DNA of 63,463 nt, the filler included, from Reticulomyxa filosa (lineage: Eukaryota; Protista; Foraminifera), in assembly GCA_000512085.1 (NCBI GenBank). It is 23 parts of 23 records of this genome, joined end to end, with 100 filler letters (N's around TTAATTAATTAA, not from the genome) between each part and the next. Parts side by side here need not be neighbours in the genome. Positions count along the whole stretch, not along the records: positions 7,070 to 16,294 come from ASPP01028608.1; positions 16,395 to 18,366 come from ASPP01008986.1; positions 18,467 to 19,866 come from ASPP01003207.1; positions 19,967 to 23,656 come from ASPP01011777.1; positions 23,757 to 25,198 come from ASPP01040898.1; positions 25,299 to 27,127 come from ASPP01042111.1; 17 more parts are not named here. One strand, given 5' to 3'. The notes beneath the pieces are model-generated. The model worked only from the letters and a program-made list of their open reading frames with translations, was not told the origin of the DNA and did no database searches. Position 1 is the stretch's first letter. Every line of letters begins with the position of its first letter. This document shows, piece after piece, positions 12,910-26,768 of the stretch. The translations under genes and the position numbers were made by a program.

Positions 12910-15434
12910 TAGTCGAATCTTTCTAGGGGGCTTTGAAATTTTTGTTTTAAAACATACCAAACTGTTTTCGGTACATACACTATTTGCTTAGGAATTTACT
13001 TCGAAAATTGAGAATAGTCAAAGACAAATTGAAATCTCCAAAATATTTGCTTAAAAAAGGCCAAAATACTTTTTTCTGGATCTGACCGAGTTTGTTGAAG
13101 GTACAGTCTTGATAAATTACAAATGTTTTGCACAAGCTATTTTTTTTAAAGAAAAAGAATCAAACAATTGTTTAAAAATCCAAAAAGAAACACAAAGTAA
13201 AAAGATAACCTTAAACAATGTATTTTTTCACATCAAATAGAAAAAATACACTTTAAAAAATAATCAATTATTTCTGCCAACACAGCAAAATCAATATTAT
13301 CAGAAGTAAAAAAAAACTGAGTGAGAAGACAATACTTTTTATTTGATTATATTACTTCTTTAATGGGAACACTTTCACTTCATTAAATTGTTTATATATT
13401 TCTTCCAATAAAAAACATTCACCATGAAAAAATTTCTAATTCAGCGGTTTCGATAGATCACTTTCAGCAAAGTTTTCCAGATAGAAGTAATTTTTTTCGT
13501 TTTTAAAGTTAAGAACATAACCTTTCATCAATCAGGAAACGAGCAAATGATTTATTTTATCATTTTTATATTATCATTCTTTCAATTCAAAAAACAGAAA
13601 GATCTATTAAGAATATATTATCTTCATATTTCGGTATTTATTGGTTGTAACGTCAAAATTTGATAATCTTAAAACAATTCAATTTGTCACAATTTCGTTA
13701 AACAGCGTTGTCTACTTCGGATATGGAAGCAAGCATACAACAAAGTATTGTTGTTTGTTGCCAAGAAACAGCATTACAAATACGAAAATAAAAATAATGG
13801 AACTAACAACCCCCTTGTAACACGTTGTTTTAGCTAATTATTTGATAAAATTTCTTTTTATAAAACAAATAAATAACACAACAATTGACTTAATTGTATT
13901 ACTTGAATAAAAATAAAACATTTTTTTATTTGATTAATTAAAACAGTGAGATTATGATAAATGTGTTATTGTCATTTTTGAATACAAAAATAGTAAATAT
14001 TGTTGAGTACTTTTAGAAAATGGACTAAAATATAATTTTTTGTATTATACAAGCCCTTCAAAATAAAGAAAGAAAGTATTCTTCATTTTTATGCAATTTC
14101 AAACATTATTTTCCTCAGATGAATCATTTTAATTCTTTTTTTCTTTGAAGAAACAACGAGGGAAAAAAAAGAACTGAAAGATTGACTCGTCTATTGAATG
14201 AAATAGATTATAAGAAATAGATCACATTCCAAAGATCATTCATAATAATTTGTCATTCGATTGTTCAAAAGCTTGTGGCTGATACTTGTTCCATTTAGAC
14301 TCCTTCGCTACTAATTTTTACTATTTCAACAACTCTTCTACCATTTTTTTATTTTCTGTCTGGCTATGTAGACACGTTGAAGTGTTCTTCAAAGCTTTGT
14401 AAGGTCGTGTGAGCTAAAAAAACGTTGGATCCTGTCGAGCGTGCTCACAACAAAAAAAAAGAGTATTTTTAAAGAATAATCTTGAATATCAATTATAAAT
14501 ACTAAACTAAAATGATGTACAAAAATCTGAATGTAAAACTAGACAACCAAAAGGGTGCTCAAAAAGGGGGTGATTCCATTTTTTTTATTTTTTCTTTGTA
14601 ATGTGCTTTCGGTTGAACATATTTTCACAGCTTGAGCAAGCGCTTTTGTCTTCAAGTGAATGTAGCAAGAACATTATGCACCTTACTACTTGAACGAACT
14701 TTGTTTTGTCGTTGATCCAATTATTTAAATATTCGTTTGTATTTTTTTTTATTTGTTTTGTCAATACTACTTTTTTTTGATTCATTTATTTCTGTTTAGA
14801 TCTTACCCAAATGTTCAAAAGATACTTTATTTATATGTACACATAAATACTTGCACTTGTGTAACAAGTGTATATTATCCTTATTGAACTCTTTATCAAT
14901 TTAGTTACTGACAAATTTATTTTATCATTTTTAAGCGAATTTTATTTATTTATTATTCACATAAATCAAACTTTACAAATATTTCTTAGTGATATTCAAT
15001 TTATTAGCAAAAGGTGTATTTTTTTTATTTGTACATATATCCAAAAAAAATAAAAGCGAAATTTGTTCATTTATACTGCTTCTTGACATTTGCAAGAAAA
15101 AAATATCGTGCATCAATACCGATTTGTTATTCGGGATAATACAAAACATGTTATCAACAATTAAAAAAAGAATCAGTTCTGCAATCTTGCATTTTTACTT
15201 TTTTACATTTTCATACTGTTAAGTATAATAATTGGGAAATAGAAATCATTTTAAGTTTCAAATATCAAAAGTCAACCTTAGTGTAACCCGAAGGAGCTAA
15301 AGCTAAAAAGTTTAGAAAATTAACAATGAACAAAACTAACGTCAAAAGTTTTGTAAAACATAAAAAATGAAAAATTGACGCCAGAAAACCAACAAACAAG
15401 TAAATACAAATAAACAAATGATAAACGAAAATAG

Positions 15435-16294
15435 GAGAAGGAGAACAGGACCAGGAGTCAGAAGTAATACTATCAAAGCACATATACACAACAGAGATTG
15501 AAGCTCTTCAACCAACAAAAAAAGGAAAGCAAATATGCACGCAGAGTTGGATAAGCATACGTTTTGAGGTCATTTTGCTAATATTTGTGGCGCTTTCTTT
15601 CGTGCAAATATTATTTGTCCCAAAGCAATTAAACAAACAAATTGAGAACAATGTTGAAGGGACAGTAGTGATGTCTGTATCTCAACAAAAAGCAAACAAT
15701 AACAAGTATCAAGATTGGGAAAGAAATGCATCGGAAGTTATCATATTTTTATTTTTTTTAAAAAGTGTTAAATTTTTTTAAAAAAATCGAATGAAATAGG
15801 AGAGTGGAGTGCAATTGTTTAATTTTTACGTATACAATATAACCAATCCATACGAAGTATTGAATGGATCAATACCACAATTACAAGAAATTGGGCCGTA
15901 TATCTATCGACGATTTGAATTTAAGAGCGACGTTGTGTTTTCAGAAGATTCTTGCACAGTTAGTTATCGCTATGATTTTTCATTTGAATATCAAGCGGAC
16001 ATGACAAATTCACAAAATAGTGTTGGCATCAATGAAACAGTGACCATTTTGAATCCAGAAATGCTTACGTTTTTCAATACAATGAACACAGGATTTGCGC
16101 TCACAGCTTGGGCTCAACATTTCAGCTCTCTACCCGCCATCAAGCTGTTTTACCAAGTGCCTATTCAAGATGTTATTTTAGGAGTCACCGATCCTGGATT
16201 GGCAAAACTCATTTTCAAGCCTGTTGTTTCGTTATTACATTACTTTTTTTTTTTTTTTTTTTGTTATACTCGTGATCGATTACAGAAACAAAAC
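15435..16294 (+). CDS. CD36/LIMP-2 family scavenger receptor, 5' part, truncated by contig end
   Basis: N-terminal TM helix followed by FYVYNITNPYEVLNGSIPQLQEIGPYIYR, the CD36-family hallmark; intron at about 15737-15800. Confidence 0.85.
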
Positions 16295-16394
16295 NNNNNN
16301 NNNNNNNNNNNNNNNNNNNNNNNNNNNNNNNNNNNNNNTTAATTAATTAANNNNNNNNNNNNNNNNNNNNNNNNNNNNNNNNNNNNNNNNNNNN

Positions 16395-16879
16395 TACAAG
16401 GATTAAATGAATTGTTTGCAGAACTGAAACATTTGCCCGCTGAACATGGATATTTGGACAAATTAATGGTAATGGCGACTTTGGAGTATTTGGGAATAAA
16501 CCCCGACGAAAAGCGGATACTAGACACTGATTTCTGGGACTTTCATCAAGTAAAGTTTTTGAGAGACATGGACAAGAAAAAGGAGGAAGAGAAAGCAAAC
16601 AACGACACCAAAAAAAGCGAACAAGCAAAAGAAAAAGAAAAGGAAGAGATATTGCCTGAGACAACAACGACTCGTTTCAGTCAATTTCCAATTCTCCGTG
16701 AATGCGATAGTCAACGGACTTCATTGATAACATCCGAAGAATGCATATCGCCATTGTCCGCAGCAACTCCTATTCGTTCTACCTTTGGACTGCATCAGCG
16801 TTTCAGCAGCTGTGCTACTCCTACTACTACCAAAAGTGTCAATAATGACAGTGATAATCACAATAATAATAATAATAAC

Positions 16880-16925
<46 letters not shown>

Positions 16926-17811
16926 GTAGTAGTAGTAATTCAAAAACGAAACCCAAAACTTGGAATCCGTCTTTGGAAATGGAATGGATAACAGCTCCAA
17001 GTCCATTACCGACGCTATCGACTATTGGAGTGGGAATGAGTCATCGCACGCCTATTCAAAGTGAGAAAACAGTGTTGGAAGAAGTTTGGGAGTGCATTCA
17101 ATCTGCCGAATTGATCGACCCATGTTCCGAAAAAGACGCGCTGCTGTTAGGGTCCTACGCCTACGCTCAACCTGCGTGTCTCGCTGACTCAGTTGGCAGC
17201 CCCAACAACGCGTCAAAAAAAGAACACGAACAAGGCCCCAAGCCATGTTTGGAAAAGTTATGTACCATCGAAGATTGGAAGTATTACATGCGAATGCAAA
17301 TTGCACCGGAAACACTTGATCGACTCGGAGGTTTGTGTGTCGTATACATATACATATATATACATATATGTATTTTTTTTTCCCGATACGAATCTTTGAA
17401 ATGTGTTTTGGCATCTATGACTGCCAATAGGCCTCGTTGGTTTAGTGAATTTGGGTGTGGACGATCGCATTGAATACTGCTCATTGGAAAAGCTACGACA
17501 AATCTTTCGGTCTTGCATTTCGCGGCGATTGCACGCCCAAATGGTGACCACGTTAGAAAAAGACAAGGACGCATTGGCCAACACGATACAACAGAAAGAG
17601 TTGCAAATAACCCAACTCACCGCCGAGGTGGCGCACTCCAAAGCACTCGTTCAGCAATTGACTTCGCGCTCTTCTTTGTCAGTACCAAATCCGTCACTTC
17701 TTGAGCCGCAGTCCTCTATCTTCAGCGCCGAAGAAGAAACTATTCGAAACCATAATAGTTTCACTTATGAAGGTTTTGTACATGTGCCATTACCAAAATA
17801 CGTATACATAC

Positions 17812-17844
<33 letters not shown>

Positions 17845-18330
17845 TGTACTGTTACATATAATAAACGTGGTTGGTTCTCATTATTCACAAATAAAATAAA
17901 TGACAAAGGAGGCTATTCGCAAGACTTGTCCAACCGCTCTGGCGACGAGCCAGAAACGAAATCCAAAGCGGATCAAAAGGATGAACCTGAAGTAAATACC
18001 CCCTCTCGTCCTAGAAGAAGTGTCAAAGAACAGGTTTTTGTATTTACTCGTTAGCACTCTCCCTTTCCTTGTATGGTGTGGTGTATATTTCATTTACACT
18101 AAATAAATGTCCACTAGCCAAAGCAGCCAATAAATTCCATCAAAGTGGAAACGAAGAATGTTGCGACCGTGCGCGTCGGCAAACTAACCGAATTGGGTTT
18201 TTCTCGTGCCGAGACGCCTGTTCACATTGTCAGACGAAGCGACCATGACGACAGTCGTATGCGTAGTGTTACATTGTCGGAAAGTCCGAGCAAAAGCTCC
18301 CCCGTTGGTGCTACTAACACTTATGCACAG
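16395..18330 (+). CDS. Multi-exon hypothetical protein with poly-Asn tract and coiled coil (partial)
   Basis: 353-aa ORF plus downstream exons separated by (TA/TG)n-containing introns; coiled-coil segment TLEKDKDALANTIQQKELQITQLTAEV. Confidence 0.6.
16861..16924 (+). repeat. (AAT)n microsatellite encoding poly-Asn
   Basis: About 20 AAT/AAC units seen directly. Confidence 0.95.
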
Positions 18331-19258
18331 CATCAAAAAAAAAAAAAGAAGAAGAAGAGAAGAAGANNNNNNNNNNNNNNNNNNNNNNNNNNNNNNNNNN
18401 NNNNNNNNNNTTAATTAATTAANNNNNNNNNNNNNNNNNNNNNNNNNNNNNNNNNNNNNNNNNNNNAAAAAATGCATTTTTTTTTAAAAAAAGAAGATAT
18501 TGGTATGTTTGTCATTTTGGGACAGTGGGTAGGTTCAATGTTTGCATTGTTTTTCGAAACTGTTCAATCAATAATTTACATACTAATTGTTACATGTGAT
18601 GACGCTTAAACTACAATGAATGGAACTGAAGATAATGAAAAAGATGACATTGAAAGCATATTTGCCACTGTACAGACTGAAGGCAACAATTTCACTACTA
18701 TCAATCAGAATGTTACATAAACTGCAAAGCATTGATAGTGAAAGTATAATTTTGTTTTGTTTGCACATTCAACGTAATATCAATTAAGAATGAAGAATTG
18801 AATGAATTGATTTTGTAAAAAGTTTATATTTTGTTAATTGTAACACTACACCCGTTCTGACTTATTTTGTTTTTGCATTTTTTATTTTCTTATGGTTGGT
18901 TTTTGGTATTAGCTGTAATTTGTTTGAATTCCTTTTGATTGTAATTTGTGACTTGGACAATTGGATTTGTTTGGAAAAAGCTTCTTTTTGATAAAAGGAC
19001 TTGTTTTTCATACAACTCGTTATCTTCACGTATCGAAAAAAATTAGTTATGTCGATGTTGCAACAAACGCAAAGCTTTCAATTATCTTGAAATATTCATC
19101 TGGATATGAGATTGTTCATTTTGGTATCATAGAATTTTAAGAAGCTAAAATTGTTATTTACATTTTCAATAAATAGTTGTATTATTATTCTGTCATAAAA
19201 AATTTTATTACCAATCAAATCGAATTTAAATAAAAAGAGAAAGTTATGGCTGATAAAC

Positions 19259-19444
19259 TTGTGGAAATGTCCCGAGTGCACATTTCAAAACGGCGCGGAG
19301 GACCCGCAGTGTCTCATGTGTCATGCGCCCAAGCCTGGAGGCGTCAGCAAGAAGCAATCCAACATTGACAGCCCCAAGTCATCATCCGATGTGTGTCAAT
19401 CACTTGAGCTCAAGTACATTCCCAACAACTCTAGCGAAGGGTAG
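19259..19444 (+). pseudogene. Isolated RanBP2-type zinc finger exon or fragment
   Basis: WKCPECTFQNGAEDPQCLMCHAPKP fits W-x-C-x2-C-x3-N-x6-C-x2-C; no ATG start. Confidence 0.6.
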
Positions 19445-20037
19445 GAGTAGTTAAAGAAGAAGAAGAATATGGCAGTTAAATGTCCAAGTCATCTATTATA
19501 TCCATTTACTTATTTGTTTTTGAAATGATGTTTGATAGAAAAAGCTTCAATTCTCATTGGCATTGATTCAACTAGAGCTTGACATAGTTAAGTGTCAGCT
19601 TTTCCACTTTTTTTCAAATTTTTTCCAAAGCTCTTGCTTGTTGTTAATTTTTTTACATTTGTATAATTTTACTTTAATTATCCCAAATGTTCTAAATTAG
19701 ATTTAGGTCTGGTGAATTAGGGAAAAATTTATCAGTCTATATTATTTTTTTTAAACCAATATATTATTTCTTTAGCTTTGTGACATGATGCATTGCCTTG
19801 TTGGAACAGCAAGTCATTTTCATCATTTACACAGTATTTACACTTTTTTAACATGTCGTCTTCTAANNNNNNNNNNNNNNNNNNNNNNNNNNNNNNNNNN
19901 NNNNNNNNNNTTAATTAATTAANNNNNNNNNNNNNNNNNNNNNNNNNNNNNNNNNNNNNNNNNNNNTTTTTTTTTCCCCCCCCCCCCCCCCTCTTCTGCA
20001 CGTCCATACCACTTTTTTTAAAAAATAAAAATAAAAA

Positions 20038-20490
20038 GAATTTGCGTCAGAGAATTTGCTATGCTATTTGGAACTCTGTCAATATCGTGAAGTGATGAAG
20101 ACCAAGTGTCAAAACCAAAATTTGCAAATGAATGATTCCAACGACAATCGATTTTTGTGGAATAAGCGCCTGCCTCGGTCTTCCATTGTGTTCAATGACA
20201 AGTTGAGCGATGATAACAAAGTAATTGCCCTCATTATAAAGTATATCAAGACAAGTGCACAATATGAAGTAAACCTACCCTATGAACTAAGAACGTCGTT
20301 CATGAGTCTCCTCATCCATGCCAATAAACCAAACAGCGACCTGAAGACAATGTCATCTTCCGAATTTGTCTTTTTGTTTGACAAAGTCTTGTTTGAACTG
20401 CTCGCACTAATGAGAGGCAGCTACTCACGCTTTGCTACAACTGACGCATACAAAACATATGTTGAACATGCAAACGTATCTTCTCCTTGA
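20038..20490 (+). CDS. RGS domain, terminal exon of a truncated gene
   Basis: EFASENLLCYLE...KYIKTSAQYEVNL...FDKVLFELLALMRGSYSRF matches the RGS box. Confidence 0.8.
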   Translation, partial: EFASENLLCYLELCQYREVMKTKCQNQNLQMNDSNDNRFLWNKRLPRSSIVFNDKLSDDNKVIALIIKYIKTSAQYEVNLPYELRTSFMSLLIHANKPNSDLKTMSSSEFVFLFDKVLFELLALMRGSYSRFATTDAYKTYVEHANVSSP

Positions 20491-21063
20491 GGAATTCTAC
20501 CTTTTTTTTTAAGGAGGGTAATCACGTTTCTCAAGACAGGTTATTGAAGATAAGTCGTGAAGTTGCGGAACATTCAACACTTCCATTGTAATAATCAATA
20601 CGCATTTTCTGTAAAAACATGCTTTCTTTTTTTTCCACTAGTTTTAAAAAAAAAACCTTCGTTTAATCTCTTGTCAATGGGGGGCTTTTTTTTTATTAAA
20701 AAATCCTCACTGGAAAAAATACATCATGAAACAAACACGAAGTCAATTTGGGCATCTTCAACCCAAGTTTTTATGGGAAACAGTAGAGCAGAAAATTGTT
20801 GTCTGGGAAAAAAATGTAATCTTTGTCATTTCTTTGTATTGACGTGGTCGTTTGTTTACAAAGCAATAAAAAAAACAAACAAAAAACCGTTGTTGTGAAT
20901 GTTAGTCGAGCTCCAGAGACGAGCGCTCATGTGATATGTGTGTAAAGAAAACAAAAATGAAGACAAAACCAAGCCAAAGCAAACGCAATCTTTTCTCTCC
21001 AACAAAAAAAAAGGTGACGGAAAAAGAGAGCCTCACAATAAGACATATATATCTTTTTGCACA

Positions 21064-23610
21064 GATTTCAAGAATATGACGCATTGATTGAGGCAATGTG
21101 TGATTCGTTGTCTCGAAATAATGGTGCCAAACAACACATCCCATTTCAGGTTTCAATTTGTCAAAACAATGCAGCAATAGGATTGGAGGAGTTGTTTGAA
21201 ATAAAATAAATAAATAAATAAATAAATATGTACATATTTATTTATTTATTTATTTACTTATTTATTTATATGTGAATCCAAACACTTGCGAACTAGCGTA
21301 AGTGAAGAGATTGATGTGTTTGCGAAAACGAACAAATGTAGCGTCTTGGAGACGTGACCCTTCGACTGACCAAGTTACTGCCACGACTATCGATCCGTTA
21401 CATAGGTCCGTTATGCAAATGGATAGACAAATGTACTCCAATGGTGGCCGCGCATTGGAGCAATAGCCATTTGCGAGTGTTGTTACAGCAGCTGTTGCAG
21501 CAACTGTTGCATTACTTACGCAGTTGCCTGAGCAAATCGGAGTACATTCAATGCGTGTCCTCATTGCTGCGGTCATTGGGGATGATAATGTTTGAACGAA
21601 GCAGCATCCTTCCGAGAAGCGTGTTGGAGGAATACGTTCTGACCATTTCGCCAATGATCAGTGTGCACGTGGAACAAGAGTGCATGCAAATATTGGCAAG
21701 CATGCCAAGAAATACTACGAATGAATATGTATACCAGCAATTGCATGTCCTGCTGAACATCAACAAGCCCAAGCATGAGTACATCATTCCAATCTTGTAT
21801 TTTCATTATTACATTTACTCTAAGAATCGCATGGCCTCACATCACCAACAGCAGCAGTTCCATACCAAAAGCATCCACAATGTCGGCATCCATTCCAACG
21901 TCGATTTATTTCCGGATGAGTTCTTTCTGCCTGGCACTGTCAATCTTCACCAAAGGTGTTTTTTTTTTTTTTGCACCTTTTTTGAAACAAATAAATTGAT
22001 TAAATGAAGTATATACATATATATATATATATGTATATATATAAAGGTATAAATATAGCAATTATTTTGATGTCCATCGACTCTTGTTAATGAAGGCCAA
22101 TATTTGTGTGGATGGTCGTATCGGTGTTGACACTGGCGATAACTCACATGCCTCGATGAACAACTCCGATCTGGATCTGCCACTGTATGCGAGAGACGCT
22201 CGTCGCTTTGTTTGGAATGCGCGCAAACTAGCGGCAATGTGCATCTCTCATGTGATACTGAAAGCATGGGAAAGCGAACAACAGTGCATACCTCTGATCA
22301 TTCGCAACCACCCAACGATCGTTGAATCTCTTTGCGAATGCTTGCAACAAATGTACCATGAATACTACCATTACCCCAAATTGATCATTGAAAATACACA
22401 CGACTTGAGCAGAAATATAACACCGATTGTGATCGCGCTGAAGAAGATCATCGTGGAAATGTCTTCTTGGCACAACGGCAATGCTGATACCAACGGGGTC
22501 CATTGGGTCAAAGAGAGCTGTTGGACCGAAACGGTCCGAATTTTACAGAAATTGATGGTCATCGGTACCAGAAGTGAGCAGAATGGAAATGGCGATATTG
22601 ACGAAAATGCAATCAATAACAATGGCAGTGCCAATATTAATGGTAGTATTAGTACTAGTACTAGTAGTGGTAATGACAATTATAACAATGATAACAGTCG
22701 CAATAATAATGATAATGGCAATAGTAACAGCAATAGCAATAGCAATAGCAATGGTGATGGCTATAACAATGAAAAACATGTATCGGGTGATGTGTCCGTG
22801 CATTTGAAAATGGCAAACGAAGAGGTCATTTCTTACCACGATGACCCCAATAACTCCAATCACAATTTCAAAATGACCACTCCTACGAGCAGACATCGGC
22901 ACAGAAATCGTGTCACATTTGACTGGGCAGGGAAGGAATTCCATCAAATCACTCGGCATTACGGTATTGGATACACGAGCGAAAACGTACTTTCTTCTAC
23001 CACCGAACGGGAACATGTCGACCAATCCACTCCAGAAAACACCTTCTTTATGCCCTTGTTCTGACTCTTTACAAACATATATACATACATATATATATAT
23101 AATTGTATGTCATATTAATAACAAGTTTGTTTAGTCGCTTAAAATAAATAAAAAAAATGAAAATATATTTGTTTTGTTGGGTGACTCTTTCAGCGACGTG
23201 TTTTCAAAACTGAGACATCAAATCCAACAGTGTTTGCACGCCTTAGTACGTGCGTGTCCAAAAATCTTTGACGATTTGTGGAGGAAGCTCCTTCCAAATG
23301 ACGAGAAAAGCGCAATCAGCAGAAGGCCGTTTGGGGGACCAACGGTATTGACAGTGACGATTTACGACCCTCATCCCCGTGTGCGACACGCAGCATTTGC
23401 GTTTTTGCACAGCCTAATGGACAAGTGTCCGCTGCCGCGTTTGCTTGCGTGCATCCATCAAACCTCGACAACGGGCGGTGCAAAAGGGACTCTGGACATT
23501 GGCGCAAGTCGGTCCGCCATCGCCACTGCCAACGCTAGCAGAACTGCGTTTACACCAATGTCCGATCGGGCTTTGAGCATTTTGCAGGCCATACATTATG
23601 GGTTAATGTT
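21064..23610 (+). CDS. HEATR6: HEAT-repeat protein 6 homolog (DUF4042), multi-exon, partial
   Basis: WRKLLP...TVLTVTIYDPHPRVRHAAFAFLHSLMD...AFTPMSDRALSILQAIHYGL matches HEATR6/DUF4042; preceded by helical exons and an Asn-rich insert; start uncertain. Confidence 0.7.
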
Positions 23611-23656
23611 GTTGGAACCGAAAGGGTTTGAATTCCGGGTTTTTAAAAACCCGGAA
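23611..23656 (+). other. 454 paired-end hairpin adaptor contamination
   Basis: GTTGGAACCGAAAGGGTTTGAATTC is the first half of the 454 FLX linker, followed by the palindrome CCGGGTTTTTAAAAACCCGG; lies at a contig end. Confidence 0.9.
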
Positions 23657-25309
23657 NNNNNNNNNNNNNNNNNNNNNNNNNNNNNNNNNNNNNNNNNNNN
23701 TTAATTAATTAANNNNNNNNNNNNNNNNNNNNNNNNNNNNNNNNNNNNNNNNNNNNTTTTTTTGATGTACTCCATTGTCTGTGTTTTTAATAACAGCCGC
23801 AACCCGTCTAGCAAAAAATAAAAAAAAATATACGTCCTCCTCCACCTCCACTCCAAAGAAAAATTTAGGGATTGAAGCCACTCCAGTGTTTAAAAAAAAA
23901 TAAAAGAGTTTGACTTTATTTTTTATTTTATTTTATTTTATTATAAAATATTTGTTTGTTTTGTTGTTATCAATAGGCATGCTCCCTCTCCAAAAAAAAT
24001 TTCGTTGAACACCACCCACACTCTTCCCCCCCCTCATGTGACAAAAGAAAAAAAATGTGTGATTGGAATTGGAGCTTAGCTCCTAAAGTCAAAGTATATT
24101 TATTTTTTTTTTCTTTGAAAAATGAAAAAATTATTTGATATTTTTAATGTGTTTATAGTATTGCAGTTCGTCGATGAGATTGGAGAGTTTTTGTTTTTTT
24201 ATTTTTATTTTTTATTTGAGATGGAGAGGGATAGGGAAATGGGGAAAAGAAAAATGGAAAAATTTATGTGAAAAAAGGAGGGAAAAAGGGGAAAATTTTA
24301 TTTGAAAAAATGAAAAAAATTAGAATGAAAAATGAAAAAAAGATAAAAAAGATTATAATGGGAAAAAAAGAAAAAATTAAAAAAATGATGACAATAGAAA
24401 AAAGGAAAAAAAATGATGAAAAAGAAAAAAAAAAATGGCAAAATGGATAGAAAAAAAAAAGAGCAAAAACATATAGAAAAAAAACAAAATGGGAGGGATT
24501 AATTGAAAAAGAAAAAATGGGAGAATATCCCACTAAAGCGTGCTGAAAAGCGCTCAATGGCAGTGGTGATGATGACAAAACTCGGTCTATGTTCTTCATT
24601 GTCAATTGTTGGACCGAATTGTTTCAAAGTGTTGGAAGCGTTGGGTCCTGCTGGATGGATATGTGGATAAAATCAGTGTCATCTGAAAGAGAATGGGATC
24701 ATGCATGATTATGATCAATTCCAAGAAGCATCGCAGATTGGCGAGTAGATGTTTGAAGAATTCCAATTCATTTGTGGAAAAGAAGACAGTCGTCAGTCCA
24801 CAAGTCGAAATAGCAATGCGGAAATCAGAGATTGGAAAAACATGGCTTACAAAGGATTACATTGCAAATTGGAGCCAGAAATTTGAGTTGCGACGAAACA
24901 GAGTATACGGTATGATCGATTGACGCTTGGATTGACGGATGAACAAAGACAAAACATCGAGTTCATTGTTTTTTGCAATAGGTATTTGCAAAGAGATCTA
25001 TTCACTTCGATTGGATTATTGGAAAAAAGGTGGACGTTTGGAAACACCATCATTCAAACTACCTGCCGACGAGTCCATTCAAAACTTTGCGACAATGCAA
25101 AAAGCAATGGAAAACATTATCCGACAAATGAAGAAAGTGTGTCGAAGATTGAGAGAAAATCTTACATCGACTTGGCATATTTCACAATGAACGAAAGANN
25201 NNNNNNNNNNNNNNNNNNNNNNNNNNNNNNNNNNNNNNNNNNTTAATTAATTAANNNNNNNNNNNNNNNNNNNNNNNNNNNNNNNNNNNNNNNNNNNNAA
25301 AAAAAAAAA

Positions 25310-25815
25310 AAAAAATATGGACGTACTTGTAAGCAGTCGTAAACTTTGTTCGGCATTCTTAACGAATTGAAACAATTGATACGTATAATATATTAACAAC
25401 AAAAGCACCAACAATTGGTAGGTAAGCCAGACAATCAAAAACCAAAAAAAGATACGATCCCAAAAATGTGGGTCGAGGAAACATTTATCTCTGCCATTGA
25501 AATATTTGTAGTCCAAACTACATACGTACTCCAACGCTTCAATGGGCTGTATTGCCACACCCAACATGCACCAACATAACAGCACTGCAATTAGTCGTTT
25601 TGGTATCTTTTCACTCCCTTTGTTGACGATTTGGTAATACACTTTACCTATTCGTAACATTATCGCAGACAATATAAAAGGAGTCCAATCATACAATGAT
25701 CCAACGCAAATGAACACCTTGCTTAATCTTAGTTCTGTATGTGTGTCTGCTAACAACACAAATTGCAACGACCAGAAATTGTACGCTACACATAATAGCA
25801 CGCAACCTATGCATC
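25310..25815 (-). CDS. Multi-pass (7TM/GPCR-like) membrane protein fragment
   Basis: Four hydrophobic helices with Cys-containing loops (C..LYDWTPFILSAIMLRIGKVYY..., CFLDPHF...). Confidence 0.55.
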
Positions 25816-26768
25816 AGAGATTCTTCACCTTTTTCTCACTCCGTTTTTTTTTGTTTGGTTAGTTTCACTGACCTAGTTTTAGCAGCACGTTTCTCTTTTC
25901 ACCATCTTTTTTAGAAAGAGACTTGAAAAAGGAATATGTAAACCAAATTAAAAAGCATAGCTTCAAAATTGAATTGAGGAGATAGATCGAATTTTTCGAA
26001 ATGTGCATTTTGGACAATATTTTTTTTAGAAGGGGCCAAGAGGCAGTTGTTAACGGCACGTTACACGATTCTGTACTTAGTTTAAGATTTTTAAATTGTT
26101 TGAAAAATTTTGTAACAGTAAACTATTTTAAAAAGATTCGTTCATTTTGAAATAGTTCAAAAATCACTCAACAGGAACATTAAAAAATCTTTTATGCTTT
26201 TGTCTGGATTCCATTTGGCATACATTTTTTTATAAAAAAAGTGGTTGTGGCCTCTTCAAATACGAATAAATGCCTAGATGTAAATCTTAAAGTAAAAAAT
26301 TTAATTTTCATGGATAGCAAATATTTCACTAATTTTTGATAACTGTTTGTATGTGGTGTTAGTCTGAAAATGACGATAAAAGAGATTTAACGAAATAAAA
26401 GCGATTAAAAAAATATAACAGTTTTTTTAGAATTATTATCATGGATTAGACATTTTATTCGTAATAAAAATACAATTGGTGCAACTGGTCGTTACTTTTA
26501 GGTTCCTTAAAGTGAAGAGGAAAAGGTTTAATGTAGGTTTCTGATTGTGTTTGAAAAATATCTCCGAATACAATTATCTGTGGTGAAACATGTCTCATGT
26601 TATGCAAATAGGAGTCATTGAAGCTGATCAAAAACATGATAAATTTGTCCAGGACGACGTTGGACACATTGAGAGTAAAAATTTAGTTTTGTGGCTTGGA
26701 AAAAAAACAAAGTAAAAAGGAAAAGAAGGAAATTGACAGTAAAACGTGACGTAATCTAAAAACATAAC

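Noticed and set aside
24180-24520. Lys- or Phe-rich ORFs (also 50400-50609)
   Set aside because: Purine- or pyrimidine-skewed homopolymer-rich low-complexity sequence, probably low quality; not credible proteins.
24530-25198. Coding-like sequence
   Set aside because: Stops in all frames and no family recognised; similar unassignable decayed segments at about 2450-4340, 5280-6960, 9200-10500, 46500-46880 and 49610-50130.
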